Assembly: GCA_030141605.1 (NCBI GenBank)
Contig: JAQGDQ010000517.1
Coordinates: 93,088 to 157,087 of the forward strand
Source: Tubiluchus corallicola
Lineage: Eukaryota; Animalia; Priapulida
Direction of reading: 5' to 3'
DNA: 64,000 nucleotides
Part shown: positions 52,880-64,000 of the stretch, in pieces
Position numbering within the stretch: position 1 is the first letter of the stretch
Layout: every line of letters starts with the position of its first letter
Program-made: the position numbers and the translations under genes
The notes under the pieces: model-generated
What the model was told of the DNA's origin: nothing
Databases searched by the model: none
The model's input: only the letters and a program-made list of their open reading frames with translations

Positions 52880-52987
52880 ATGGCTGCGTTAAAAGAGGTT
52901 GTTGTTTTATATCAAAGTTTGACTCAGGAATGGAATAAGAAGAATTTAAATTTAGAAAAATGTGGTCAAATTTTAGCGAAGTTAAAG
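52880..52987 (+). CDS. PSMD8: PSMD8 exon 1
   Basis: [36 protein letters not shown]. Confidence 0.92.
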
Positions 52988-55900
52988 GTATAACTTATTA
53001 GTTTCTTTCTTCTTATTCATCGTCAGTTATTAGTGTAACTTTGGAATTTCTAAGTCAAAAGAAAATCGGCGAATGAGTGATTGAGTGGAATTATAAAAAA
53101 TTTCTTGTGCATTACCCTTAGTGAAATACTAAAAATGCCAGTAGAGAATGGCTTCATAGGTGGTGCATGGATCTAGTTCTAGCCTTACATATGAATATGA
53201 ATACAGGCCTCGCCAACTTTCTTCTTTGTACGCCAGTCAAGTAAAACTCACTCAACTAGATTGCAGTAGTATAGCTAAGATGCGATAGCGCAGATACGTG
53301 ATTATGTGTATATGATGATGATGCAGCCGACTACACTGAACATATTCCTTATATTAACCAAGGATGCCAGAATAATGTATAAATTATAGTTATTAATAAT
53401 GTAAAAAATTATAATGACAGTGTAATATTAATTATGTTACATTTATATGCATATTTATAATAATATTAATTTTATGACATAGATGTTACAACCAGTATTG
53501 TAATTATTTAGAATAAAATAACGAAACTCTAAACCTGGAAACCCTTTCTTAATGTTATGTTCCCAGACTATTTTTAGAGGTACTATATGCATGTCTGGCA
53601 CAGATGGACATTTCTATTTTTAGGAAATGTGTGAGGCATGTAGGTTTTAAAAAGTCACTTACTAGATATATAACTACGCAAATTTCAAATATTTTCATGC
53701 CAGATATTACTTTAATTCTCTTTTGAAAATAGTGGCTTTTTTGTACAAAAATATCCTTATCATTTGTATGTATACTTGTCTAACACTAAACTATAGCACT
53801 TAGGAAATCTGTTGAGTGTAGAGTCAAGTGGTATCCGTATTTTTTAGTCAATAACTTTCGGTGGTATACCGATTGATCCGTGTTTTCTAGACCTATAATG
53901 ACTTTTGGGACACAGATCGGTATTTTTTAAGGCTTACTGCTTTCCTGAATATTGATCTGTACCTCTAATGAAGGCAAGACAACCTTAAAGTTGTGCTGCC
54001 GGATTTAAGCTGCAACATTTTTACTCTGGTGCCCAATCTTTAAGGTAAAAATCTTAGTGTCCACTGTAGTACTTGTAAATGTAAACATATTTATCAAGGC
54101 ATTCCAGTAAACAAGTAATTTAGGAGGATTTCTTCTAAAACCCATCGTGGTTACACGAATTAGGTGGCTGTCATCTATGTGCTGCCATATAACATCCAAA
54201 AATATCTTCTCAGCCAACGAACAAACTTGACTTGCCAGTATTAAATACCGTAGACCATGTAACCCTCCTACCATTGGTTTTAGATCTATATATTAATTAT
54301 CTCTATTAGCTGGTGGTGGCTTTATTTTTTTCAGATTGCATTGACAAGTCTCACTTTCTTGCCAACAAGCAACAATATTGCATCAAAGGAAGAACTCCTT
54401 GTTGCTCGTAAGTATTAATTTAACTGACATGTGTGTGTTCGACTTGATGCTTGCAGGTACAAATTTGACTGACATGGTATAATCAAGCAGTTACCTTGAT
54501 TTGCGCAGGTGTGGGTGTGTAAGATAGTATGTAAGTCAACTCTCACTGTTGAATGTAGGTATTCGTAATGTAGTCATTTGTCACCAGTAGTGGAAAGGTA
54601 GTTGTGATGTGGTGTGCTACTAGCATAAGATCTCAGACCACCTCTGCTACGTTGAGTCAGTTCTTCAAATGACGGCAAATGCACTCTGAATGTGAAAGGT
54701 ACTCAATTCAAGTGCTGGTTGACTCACAATTTTTCAGTGCCTCTTTCTTCAAATAATTGGTTGTTAGGCCTAGTTGTTGTAAGTGTTACGCACATATGTC
54801 TTATTTCATGTGCATGTTTGTCATTTGACTTGTTACTTGGATTAACAGATAAATGTCAAAATTTGTCTGAGAAATGATGACAATGGCGATTGTGAAAATG
54901 GTCATACAGTCTCTTTCAAAAGTTTCAAATAACTTAAAACATTTGGCTTCACAAGTTCTTTAATTAATAAACTTTAATTAATTTAATTAATTAATGAATT
55001 AGTTCACTTAATTAATATTAATATAAGTTCTGCATGCTACTTATTTGTATTTGCACCAACATATAAGATTTCTCACCATTGAAATATACTTTGTTATAAT
55101 ACTTATTAACTATCTTGTGCATTTATAATACAGGAGATGTTTTGGAAGTTGGTGCACAATGGAGTGTGCTCATGAAAGACATCCCCAGCTTTGAGCGCTA
55201 CATGGCACAACTCAAGTGCTACTATTTAGATTATAATAAGTAAGTATTTAAGTTTATGTGTGTCTCTTAAGCATTTGCTTGTCCAAAGAAGAGCTAATAA
55301 GTCTGAACTACTTTAGCAAGTATCATCATTAGATAATTTTTCACACTTGGTCAAATAGTTAAAAGTTTTTGATACTTCAGTGATGCCCATAAAATTGTTT
55401 TGCTGCTTCTAAATTTAATAAATTCACTACCAATTACCTACTCAGCAGTTAAATGGCAACAACACAGCACTTAAAATGTTAGAACAAGTTAGAACAATTT
55501 AAAATGAATTAATAATCACTGATCATATCATTTCTAAATCTTTACTAAATAATTCACCACCTCAGCATCATATATAACTAAACATTATTTTTCCACTTTC
55601 TCATATAACCATTTCATTTATGTATGCACATGTCTTTTGAAGGGACAGTCAAAGGCATCATAGGCATTTGTTTTCACTAATTGGACAATATTACTCCTCT
55701 TCTGGTGTGGAGCTGTGAGCTATTATTATCACCTCAAACTGTATCAGCTCCTGTACTTATGAGCACTTGCTAAACCTGATTTATTTATAGCAAAAAATGA
55801 AATAATAAGAAATAACATTCTAGAATTTGGATCATACGGTTTTCACTGCTCATGGAAACCTTTCTTTTGTTTGACTGTTTTTTGTCATCTCTTTCTTTTT

Positions 55901-58900
55901 CTTATAACTGACCACTTTGACAACACGTGCCTCACTGCATTTAAGAATTTTTTGTTCAGAAGACAATACAACACAAAATTTAAGCAAGCATCACAAGTTT
56001 CTGCCAAATTTTCCGCAAAATGTAGAGCAAATGACAACTTTTCTTGATAAAAATTCATGTCATAATCCCCAAATATCATCAAAGATGTAGTATAGTTTGT
56101 GAACATGGTCGTGAGTTCAAATATGAGACATTCACATACCATCACCACCAACATGATTGTGAGTTTTGTGTCTTTTATTTTTCTTTTGTTTTGGTTCATC
56201 GTGACGATATCTGTTTCAGCTGCAATGGAGCTAGAAATTTTTCTGACTTTTCTGACCAAGTAAATAAGGTAGAAATTAAAAAATGCCATCAACACCCATG
56301 GAAGGATGCTAACAAGAAAAATACGTATCCATTGATAGTACATATGCCAAACTTGATCTGCATACTGTCTGCAGTCAAACACGTAACAGTGTTCTAAGCT
56401 TTCATTGCTGTCAGTGTATGCAGTCATCACTTTAGCTATGCTGTCATTGGTTTGTCTGCAGGTACCTCTGCCATGCCCTTCCTCAACTGGTTTCGTCATG
56501 AAGAAATACGGGACGTGCAAAACAAAACAGAGCACAGATAATGTCCCTAACACTTTATATGCAACAGTTTTCGTGCAAAATTTGTTTGCTTTCAATGGAC
56601 ATTTGGCAAAGATGAAGCGTTCTACTGCAACAGCTGCAACAATCCAGGTGTTCATGGATGCTAGCATGTTCCCAACCGGAGTTATAATATTTAGTATAAA
56701 GAAGATAAGTCCATAGCTAGAGCACTTGTGCCGTCCAGTTGCTTTTATGATCTGGATAATAGCGAGACATAGCATAAGTATTAAATAAGTAGCATCAACC
56801 GACGCTAGAGCCATCAGATAGGTGTAAGCTGATTGCCGTGATAACTTTGAACTGAATATGACAATTACAGTCAATATGTTTGCTGCAATTCCAAATACAC
56901 AGAGAACCAAAATTATAGAGTATACACCATTAAAGGCCACCTTGTACGACGAATCTTCACCCATATTATTAAGGCACTGACATTTTAACTTTACACCATT
57001 TGAAAGTTTTGTCAAAATCTTTGCAAGCTTATGTGCGTTTATGGTTATTGAATAAAAATGTGGAACTTTTTTATCATTTAATGTCTGTAGTAGTCCACAT
57101 CACTGCATTGTTCTTGTTACGCTTTCTTTTTTCACACAACAACTTGTTTTTTGGAGGAATCTTCCAGCACAAGCAACATGTATTCACTAATAAGCGTGAG
57201 TTGCAAATAAGTATCTAGTGTGCTATTGATGACTCTTGCTTTTTCACTGTGATCGTTGTCATCCCATCATTGGTTCTGAGTTGTCGAGTATTGTTAATAA
57301 CGCATCTGCTTTTCATTTTGATCACTGTCATGCCATCAGATGTGGCATAAGAATTATTAAACTGTAGACTGCCAGCTTACGACATTTAATCACTTATGCT
57401 GATGCATGAATTGCTGAGCAGAGTTCACTCTGTGATAATCACATGCTCACTACTTTGTTAATTAATCGTAACTGTGTTTACCAACTTCTTCGTGCCAGTG
57501 TAATAAAACAAAATTATTTAATAAGTAATATCGTGTGGCACAAATAGGTCCTTGGAACATATGCTATTTCATTACAGGTTCGTTAAACTATCAAATTACA
57601 TGCATGTGTGTAATCTCAAGTTTTATGCAAATACTTTTGCCTGAGCTCATGCGCTCCGTGTACAAGTGAATCATATTTAATTCTAGGAACCGTTATGTAA
57701 TTATGGAGGCAGGTAAAAAGAGAAAAATGTCATTCTTTAATAAGAATTTGAACCTGATTCCATTGAAACCTATTCTTCATTAAAATGTGTGCCTTTTTTA
57801 GAATTTAGAGATATGACACGCACAAGTAAAATATTATTTGAAAATGTAGAATTACCAATTATATTTAAATTTGAGACGTGAAAGGGAAATTTTCAAGATT
57901 TCATGATGTACTTCTCAAACTATTCACTTAGTCATTTAAAGTACTCAAAATCTATTTCACACAGTCTTTTTACACCTCAGTTAACAATGAATCTTTAGTT
58001 ATGTGTAGACCTGCACAAAACTGTTTAGTTGCTGCTTATAAAAACTTTTTTTTGTCTTGTGTGCCAAAAATTTGCTCATTATCTAACTTTTTTTATGGCA
58101 CTACACAATTGTTGCTAGTTATTTTTTATCAAATTATCTGCACCAATGATATTGTTAAGCACTACATTATGGAAACAGTAATAATGATTAATAATTTCGG
58201 CTTTGCCTTATTACAGGGAGGACTTACCAGAATCTGCTTACAAGTATCAGCTTCTGGGATTGAATCTTTTATGTTTGTTAGCTCAGAATCGAGTTGCCGA
58301 ATTCCACACTGTAAGTAATTTTGTAATGAGCCTATTGCACAAATTGTTACGTGTGCGATACCCTCTTTATAAATACGTCCTAAAACACATACGTCACTGG
58401 AACGCAGGCGTTAGATGCGTATAGGATTGAAGAGTTTTTCTGGTAATTAACAAAATACTGAACATACTGAACTTTGTTCTGCTTACCATGGCTGACTTGA
58501 AGACATCTGTCTCTATTTGCCATTAAGTGTTGAATGTATGTAAAATGTACTGTTTTGTGTAATTCCTATTAATAAACGTAAGGGCCTATCATTGTAAGAT
58601 CCCAGTCGATAATTCATTCGATTTTTTGAATGTATGGAATGATAATTTGACATATGCTTACAACCAAAGCATCAAAGCCTGCAAAGACAGAAGACATGGC
58701 ACCTTGATGGGGTTGCTACCTTTTAGTTTTGGCAAAAACAATTTAGCAATTTTTTGAATAGCCTTAATATTATTATAGCTTAAAAATACTACAAACTATC
58801 TTTCATAAGTCTTCTGCAAAATGGGTGTATATCTGACTGCCATCATTTTTTTCAAAAAAAGTGAGGCTGTGAAACTTGCTGGCTGCAGGAGTCTTCTTGT

Positions 58901-61688
58901 TTTTCACCTAGTAATGTTACTAGATCAATTTATGGACTTTGGTTTTCAGGAAATTCCCCTACTTTTTTCTTTGTTTTTAGGAATTGGAATTGCTTCCATC
59001 CAAAGAAATACAGAACAATGTCTACATTCGGCATCCGGTATCTATGGAACAGTACCTGATGGAGGGCAGTTACAATAAACTCTTTTTAGCAAAGGGCAAT
59101 GTTCCTGCACAGAACTATACTTTCTTTATGGACATCTTATTAAATACAATCAGGTGCATTTACTTTCTGTTGTCTTGGATCATTTGCGAGCAGGATGCCA
59201 GTCTGGACATGATCAGAGACGTGTTATTCTTGCTGTTGTAGTAGTGGTGGTAAAAATCTGTCGAAGCAATATATCTTAAAGAAATATAAAGGCAGTCACT
59301 CAAATTGTCATGACATTTTAAGTAATTATTTTGCCCTTTAAATTGGGAATGACACATTCTCTTTTCTATTCTTCTTTGTTTGTCCAGGAAAAGATGAGCA
59401 GGGAGAGTAAGATTTGTTGGTGCTTCAGAGTGATAATACATTAGTTAAGAGACAATAAATATTACATTAGGATTGCATATTTTTTCCTTCATAAAACTGT
59501 GTGCTTGTTTGTGTTCAGTGAGCATTCATGTTGATTCAGAACTAATTTTGTTACCATTACAGTAGGCGCCGCTTAATAGACTCTCTTTGGGACCGAAGTG
59601 TTTTGACCCAATTAACCGTCTGAACCTAATAACCGATGGGTGTAGTATTACTGGTATAGAAGTATGTGCCCACCAGCTTACTATGCACTGCAAAGGTTTT
59701 TAATGAATTTTAGAAATGAAGTAATGCCTAAATTCCTTTGTGCAAGTAAAAATTAGAAAGATTTTAAAATATTAATTTATATAAATGAATTAGCAATAAA
59801 TTAAGAAGTATACTAAATCATGCAAGTCTGTTTACTTGCAAAAATAATGCAAATACATCCAAGTTCGGCTGTTTCATTTTTTGCGACAAGTTGGGTCAGA
59901 AAGTTCTCAAAATGATAAAAACATTTAAAAATTGTTGTATTATACACAAATACATGCTTGAACTGTTGTTGGTGACCGGATTTCCCCGCAAGAGGCTTCG
60001 TCTGTAAGCTCCCGCTTGCTATCGTGACATACTTATTGCACTGTACCTACATCCCTGGCATAACAGCAACAGCAAACTGATTAAACTTTATGGGAACAAC
60101 AGCCAGACTTCAAAAGCAAACTCCTAAGCAAGTGCTTAACTGTTTAGCTTCCAGGAATTCTTGGGTAATGAGGTCAATTGCAGTGGAAGGGCGGGTCAAG
60201 GCAAGCGATTAGCCTAGCATATTAGCGTATGATGAACGTTCCTGCTTACCCACAAAATGGTACTTAACATGATTATTTCTATGTATATTATAGGACAAAG
60301 ATTATATAAAAGTCATAAAGCTTATTAGTCACAGGAAAGAGTCTTATTGAAGCAGGTGAAGCAAAAGTATTGAGTCAATTATGCGGAGTTATTTGAGTCA
60401 ATTACCGACAGTTTTTATGTACATTTGAATAGAAGCTGCCCGTACCAGGCATTTTTGAGTCGATTAAGCAGTTGAGTCTATTAACCGTGAGTCTATTAAG
60501 CGGCGCCTACTTTATATCATAAAATGAGTCCTTTCCTTCAAGCATCAAAAGCCTTATCCAATATGAATGGCAACTGATTCTGCATTGTACTGTATCTGAG
60601 ACTGTTGTGCTAGGCATGTTTAACATTCTTCTATTCATTATTTGTACTTCTTAGGGATGAAATAGCAAACTGTATGGAGAAGGCTTACACTGAGATTGCA
60701 TTGAATGAGGCTAGCAGAATGCTTTTCTTTGACACACAAAAGCAAATGAAAGAATATGCTAAAAAGGTAAATTTTTTGCAACTCGCATTTTTGTATATTG
60801 TTGACTTGTGAAGTTTTTTGCTCTGTAGAGTATAACTCTACATTTTTGTCTGTTGAATTCTCTAGTCCTAGTAAACGGAAGTTGGCTACCACTGTTATTA
60901 TGGTATAAAAGTGTATCAAAACCAAAATTTCTGGTAATTTGTTAGCATTATTTGAAGGCTTGCTAGGGCTAGGGTAACATGGGTTTGATTCTGTATTAGG
61001 ATAATCTTTAAGTGAACAAATGTTAACGCACATCAAAGAATTTTAGCCCAGCGCTGTTTAGGAAGTATGTTATACACTTGAAAATGTCTCGTCACTCATT
61101 ATGCCAGGTCAGTTGATTTTGAATGCTTGTAAAAAAAACGTGATAAAAACAAGAAAGTTTTGGAATATTTCTGATGTTCCACTAAAATCATTTTAAATGA
61201 CTGGTTATCCTATTGAATGTGGGTTGTTATCCCATTATCATCATTATCTATAGGCCGTTGTCTCTATTGTAAATTCTCTCCAATTGCTCACATTACAAAA
61301 GTCTTGGCAGTTTATTTTTATCTCATTCTGTGAGTTTTCATTTATTTTACAAAATACTCTGATGCTTTCTCTGTTTTGGCATGGCAAACTGATCACAGGC
61401 AGCCAGTTAATAATGCAAGAAATAATTCTGTGTAGTGCCTTATCACGCTGTGGCATGACAGCTAAAAATTTATTCAATAATTAATTACTATCGTTTTATT
61501 ACTATTACCACTAACCACAACATTTGCTGTAATAACTCTTATTATCTTTGCAGAGAAAGTGGCATACTGGAAAGAATAGTTTACAGTTCAATATTGTTGA
61601 CAAGGCAGCAGACTTAGATCATGTACCATCGATAGATCTAGCACAACAAACAATAGAATATGCTCGCCAGCTAGAGATGATAGTGTAA
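52880..61688 (+). CDS. PSMD8: 26S proteasome non-ATPase regulatory subunit 8 (Rpn12), 7 exons, 266 aa
   Basis: Phase-consistent exons 52880-52987, 54335-54407, 55134-55239, 58217-58310, 58981-59153, 60655-60766 and 61554-61688. Motifs: [87 protein letters not shown]. Confidence 0.96.
54335..54407 (+). CDS. PSMD8: PSMD8 exon 2
   Basis: [25 protein letters not shown]. Confidence 0.93.
55134..55239 (+). CDS. PSMD8: PSMD8 exon 3
   Basis: [33 protein letters not shown]. Confidence 0.95.
55885..56964 (-). CDS. Rhodopsin-like (class A) GPCR, FMRFamide/sex-peptide-receptor-like group, nested antisense in PSMD8 intron 3
   Basis: Seven hydrophobic segments with GIAANIL (TM1), YLMALASVD (TM2), VAVERF...CPL (TM3), HVPYFF (TM4), ILPW...FN (TM5) and [13 protein letters not shown] (TM7). 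First ATG is at 56964; the frame is open upstream to ~57099, so a 5' exon is possible. Confidence 0.9.
   Translation of the reverse strand: MGEDSSYKVAFNGVYSIILVLCVFGIAANILTVIVIFSSKLSRQSAYTYLMALASVDATYLILMLCLAIIQIIKATGRHKCSSYGLIFFILNIITPVGNMLASMNTWIVAAVAVERFIFAKCPLKANKFCTKTVAYKVLGTLSVLCFVLHVPYFFMTKPVEEGHGRGTCRQTNDSIAKVMTAYTDSNESLEHCYVFDCRQYADQVWHMYYQWIRIFLVSILPWVLMAFFNFYLIYLVRKVRKISSSIAAETDIVTMNQNKRKIKDTKLTIMLVVMVCECLIFELTTMFTNYTTSLMIFGDYDMNFYQEKLSFALHFAENLAETCDACLNFVLYCLLNKKFLNAVRHVLSKWSVIRKRKR
58217..58310 (+). CDS. PSMD8: PSMD8 exon 4
   Basis: [31 protein letters not shown]. Confidence 0.95.
58981..59153 (+). CDS. PSMD8: PSMD8 exon 5
   Basis: [58 protein letters not shown]. Confidence 0.95.
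59560..60512. mobile_element. Non-autonomous Tc1/mariner-pogo (Tigger-like) element
   Basis: TIR CAGTAGGCGCCGCTTAATAGACTC and its near-perfect inverse GAGTCTATTAAGCGGCGCCTACT, with TA on both flanks and subterminal GAGTCAATTA repeats. Confidence 0.88.
60655..60766 (+). CDS. PSMD8: PSMD8 exon 6
   Basis: [37 protein letters not shown]. Confidence 0.95.
61554..61688 (+). CDS. PSMD8: PSMD8 exon 7 (stop codon)
   Basis: RKWHTG...[21 protein letters not shown]; ATTAAA signal near 61820. Confidence 0.95.
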   Translation, partial: RKWHTGKNSLQFNIVDKAADLDHVPSIDLAQQTIEYARQLEMIV

Positions 61689-62367
61689 CACTGGACAATT
61701 TTTATAGCAAACTTTCGATACTGTGTTATGAAGTACACTGTACTTATTTTAGTTGTCAAGTACAAGTATTTTTTCTTCGTGTATATTATTTGTGGTGCTT
61801 TCTGTCAAAATCTAGTGTTATTAAAACAAAACCAGACCCGATCTTAAATAATAGCTCAAAACAATCAACCCTATAAAATATTAAAAAGGAACATGCTAAC
61901 TTTTAAAGAATGACTTGCCAGAATTATTACCTCAGAGACCTAATTTTCGGGTTCGCATGGCTAATTCTTTGCCATTTGCTAGTTAGATGTTTTCAACACA
62001 TTAAAATATATTTTCACTCGGAAATGTGTTGCATCAAAATTGGCACTGTACAACTCAATTCAGTTGTGATGTGACACATACGTTTGAGAGCTTGTGTGAG
62101 CATGAATATAAACTTGAAATTTAAGCTTGTAATTGAATTTTTAAGCTTAAAATTCACAGAGATTTGTGTATCACACTAAATATTGTACAGTAGCATGCTA
62201 CTTCGATTTTCGCTTTCGCATGCACGAACAACATGCTCATGGAATGCTTGTGCTGTTGAAAGTTAAGTTCAGTTATGACGTCATCACTAGCTGGGCTCGC
62301 CTACCCTTAATAAAGGTTTTAACTTATTACTTAAATATAGGCGTTATTATAAGTGTTAAAATGTATA

Positions 62368-63534
62368 CAGTCAAACCCCTTTATACTGCCTAATTTTTGA
62401 CGAGAAAAAAGTTGTCATTACAACGAAGTATATTAAATTTTTGTGCAAACAAGTGTACTCTGGTTAGAGTCAATTTTTACTCCAAACGTTAATGAATTGA
62501 AAGAAAATTAATAAATTAATCATTTGTGAATTACACTCAAAATCAGTCAACTTTATTAAGAACTTGTAAATAAATGTGTCTCGTCTAAAAATTATTACTG
62601 CAAATTTAGAATTGAAACTGAAAATATAATGTTTAAAGCAAACAATGCCACAAAAACCTTAAATTATTTTGCATTTCTTGTCAATGTCAATAAATTCTTA
62701 GTCATGAACTTCGACAGCCAGTCTTTCAAACAAATTCATGCTTTTAGCACAAATGCTGGCTTTCATGCTACCACGAGCTTAATCACTATTATCTTGCTCT
62801 CTGCTATCTCCACTCAAGTGATAAAATATTCGTGTGCCTGAAACAATTTCTGATCATAGCAGGTGTAACTGCGCTCCAAGCACATTTGGCAAAGCGAATT
62901 GCGTCGCTTAGTAGTAAACTGCGGGGTAGTTGTCATCGAATACACCCATAAGGTGCTGTACCTGTAATTGTCAGTATTTGCTGTGTGACCCCCTATGCAT
63001 CGGCTGTATAAAAAACATAGTTTGACAGCAAGAAATGTTTTTGCTCAAACAGTTTCCCCCTTCAAGCACAATAATCACAAAACAAGCTCAGTCTGATGTG
63101 TTTGAAACATCTTGGTTGTTTGCTTTTGCATATGACCAAAAGGCTCAGTTATATTTACTATAGTATATGTCTATTACTATATTTACACCAGCACTATCTG
63201 CACAGTTTGCAGCTAGAAATACCGTAACACACATTAAAACAAGAAATCCAGCCATTTGAGTAGTGAAAGTTCGGATCAACACCTAGTTCTTTACCAAAAA
63301 ACATTGCTTTGTTGCTCAGCATTTCTTGGGTAACTGGAATATGTCTCACACTATTTGAAACTGCTGGTGGCATTTCCCCATTAAACATATACTGTATGTT
63401 AACTTACTTGGCAGATGGCGGGTAATGGGGGTCGGTATATTGGGTTACTTTTAAATACATCTGAATACAGCAGTCTCGTTCCTAGCCATTTTGGAGGCAG
63501 TAAATGAGCTTGGCGGTTTAACGAGGTTTGACTG
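62368..63534 (-). mobile_element. Internally deleted pogo/Tigger DNA transposon
   Basis: TIRs CAGTCAAACCCCTTTATACTGCC and GGCGGTTTAACGAGGTTTGACTG with TA flanks. Internal CENP-B-type HTH remnant IPVTQEMLSNKAMFFGKELG...FHYSNGWISCF at 63194-63345. Confidence 0.85.
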
Positions 63535-63896
63535 TAATTTTTACTGGTGATGGGATAAGCTGATCAGTGATTGGTGAACAAACAGTGGTGATCGGTGAAC
63601 AAGTTCTGAATGGCTCATTATTAGATTATCGATCAGTTTGAAAAACTGTTGAACCGATCACACCATAAAAATTGCCGAATTTATAAAAAATTGTAAAACT
63701 AAGGTATTTAAAATTTATACAAACATCTCGAAATGCTTAGCATAATTATTGTTATTCAGATGAGGCAACAATATTTTGTTCACTTGCCTTCCCGATGAAG
63801 TACACTGCTCAAAGGGCACTCTTTTAAGACATTCTTACTGGCTTTCTTTGCATCAGCAGTTAGTTACTAATCCATTGTTTAACTTATTTTTTGCAG

Positions 63897-63977
63897 AAAT
63901 TCCTTTGCCCAATGAACAAGCTCGATTAGAAATTTTGAAGATTCATGCAAATCCTATCACGAAGCATGGAGATATTG
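63897..63977 (+). CDS. PSMC6: Internal exon of 26S proteasome AAA-ATPase subunit Rpt4 (partial gene in this window)
   Basis: TTTTTTGCAG acceptor, (E)[32 protein letters not shown] donor. It matches the recalled PSMC6 segment [25 protein letters not shown]. Confidence 0.85.
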
Positions 63978-64000
63978 GTAATTAATTTACACATTTCAGG

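Noticed and set aside
56044-56716. Plus-strand ORFs of 117 and 103 aa
   Set aside because: Antisense shadows of the GPCR coding sequence.

Overview
AT-rich, intron-containing animal (invertebrate-type) genomic DNA; nearly all entries in the ORF track are spurious or transposon-derived. The first ~25 kb has no recognisable host gene and is mostly mobile-element debris: two RTE-X-like LINE 3' fragments, a young 5'-truncated RTE LINE with an 11-bp TSD, an Academ-like transposase remnant, hAT and other MITEs, 5S- and tRNA-derived SINE heads, and microsatellites. From 26.9 to 61.7 kb are two complete spliced genes arranged head-to-head with start codons 187 bp apart: FAM98 (minus, 10 exons, ~442 aa, Gly/Tyr/Arg-rich tail) and PSMD8/Rpn12 (plus, 7 exons, 266 aa). 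An intronless rhodopsin-type GPCR lies antisense inside PSMD8 intron 3, and a degenerate CR1/L2 LINE lies in a FAM98 intron. The window ends with a single internal exon of PSMC6/Rpt4 whose upstream exons are not visible. The most unusual observation is a perfect histone-mRNA 3' stem-loop with a purine-rich downstream element that terminates a non-histone, slightly decayed ORF at 22.7-23.1 kb. All calls come from manual reading; no database searches were run.
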